A DNA stretch of 64,000 bases from the NCBI GenBank assembly GCA_964106645.2, contig OZ067040.1, one strand, 5' to 3'. This stretch comes from Podarcis pityusensis. Lineage: Eukaryota. Below the pieces are notes generated by a model that saw only the letters and a program-made list of their open reading frames with translations, was not told where the DNA came from and did not search any database. The translations under genes were made by a program, and so were the position numbers. Positions 62,722 through 64,000 of this stretch are shown here, one piece after another (the first letter of the stretch is position 1; each line of letters begins with the position of its first letter).

Positions 62722-63305
62722 CTTTTAAAGCACAGCATGAAAGCACTTTAGAACTGGGAACTAGTATTAAACTGATCTCTAAACATGTTAACAAATTTAC
62801 AACTACATTTTGGAATGTGTTCGTTTCTTGAAGCCTATGTCTCAAGCCAGGTCCCCACATGGCTAATACTGTGTGAGATGAAGCAGGGTATTTTCCTTAC
62901 CTTATTTTCAAAAATCAGTGCCTGTGTCCTGCACTGGAAAACACTCTAAAACTCATATAAAGTTGTGTTTGAAGTTTGTTTTTTAGACTTATGCTTTAGA
63001 GTGTTTTGTACTGAACGAGATAGAAGTACTTTAAAAGACACTTCGAAAAACTGATTTTTTGTTTTTTTTAAATGTACCGGTAGGTTTTCTTTCAGTAATA
63101 ATGTAACAAAACTGAAATCTCAATGTTAAGTTCTGTATTTATTATAGTACAGTATCTCAAAGTATTTGGCAAACAAGCATTCCATGCCTTTTAGTTCCTT
63201 GATAGGTTGATTTGCCTATAGCCAAGACCGGTGGTGTCAATCTTTCCCCCACTTTGTCAGTTCAATGAAAAGGTGTCCTGAATTAGTATTTTAAGTGTTT
63301 CATAC

Positions 63306-63485
63306 CTGACACAGGGTGGAATGGGTTTCACATCTCCTGCTCCATGCATTGGTGGAGGTGGGGGCGGCTCATGTGGCCTGACTAAGACACGTTCCTCTGC
63401 TCTGCTCAGCAATTCAGTCATCTGGCTGTATGGCAATGCAGAAAGAGAATAGGGTCCATCCATGTGTTCCACATATGCCTGAGGT
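63306..63485 (-). CDS. WASF1: WASF1 internal coding exon
   Basis: Acceptor TTTCTTTCTTTTCAG|A CCT CAG; donor GTCAG|GTATG; 180 nt; encodes (R)[59 protein letters not shown](S). Upstream exons lie beyond the window. Confidence 0.95.
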
Positions 63486-63885
63486 CTGAAAAGAAAGAAA
63501 TCCACTTACAAATTGTATATGCTAATTTTGCATCCTATCTACAGCCCTATTGGTTTCAAGAACCACAAAAGAATGAAGACAGTCCTTCTGGCAGTTTGTA
63601 TGGGGTTAAGACCAAAGACAGAAACAGTACAAAATGATCAGTAGAACATGACAAACTAGGTTACACAAAGTAGCTCTGCAAGTATAAACGAAGCACTTCG
63701 CAAGCATTTAGCAAATATTTTTTGCTTACATTACTCTAACAATTTTTGTATGTTAATAAGAGTATACAAATAACAGTAAATAATGTAAATGGTAGGTTGA
63801 GTTCTTCTAATCGCAAAGTAGAAAACAAATAAAGGGGATTTCTGGTTCTCTGAAACAGAGGCAAAAGAAGGACAAAGGCTTAGAC

Positions 63886-64000
63886 CAGGCATGTCCAAAG
63901 TCTGTTTCGGGGGCCTAATCCGGCCCCTGTGGAAGTTTTTTTCCTGGGGTAAATCCTAAAAAAGCCTGAACAACTTCAATCCTTAAAAAAGGTCAGCAAC
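63886..64000. mobile_element. Left end of a hAT/Charlie-like element, cut by the window edge
   Basis: CAGGCATGTCCAAA...GGGGGCC.AATCCGGCCC after a TTAGAC target-like site. Confidence 0.5.

Overview
Vertebrate genomic DNA, very probably a squamate (lacertid-type lizard, inferred from Sauria SINE, Squam3-like SINE and L2/CR1 content). There are two host genes in convergent orientation: GPR6 (+ strand; CpG-island promoter, putative non-coding exon 1, single coding exon 16715-17698) and the last three coding exons plus 3'UTR of WASF1/WAVE1 (- strand, 58.7-63.5 kb). The rest is transposon-rich intergenic DNA: the 5' half of an L1 (ORF1 runs off the left edge), a 5'-truncated CR1 with an uninterrupted 973-codon EN/RT ORF2, a TSD-flanked L1 3' fragment, SINEs, L2 tails, and Tc1/mariner, hAT and PIF-type MITEs, many nested. 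The two most interesting observations are: (1) a complete, TSD-flanked, poly(A)-tailed 2.15-kb retroelement (36118-38264) that shares its 5' leader with the L1 at the window start but carries only a 196-aa ORF lacking recognisable ORF1 RRM/CTD or ORF2 motifs; (2) a correctly framed U_UUA_AAC slippery heptamer at the CR1 ORF1/ORF2 junction that would fuse the esterase-like ORF1p to EN/RT by -1 frameshifting. All calls were made by eye; repeat family names are from recall and need Dfam/Repbase confirmation.
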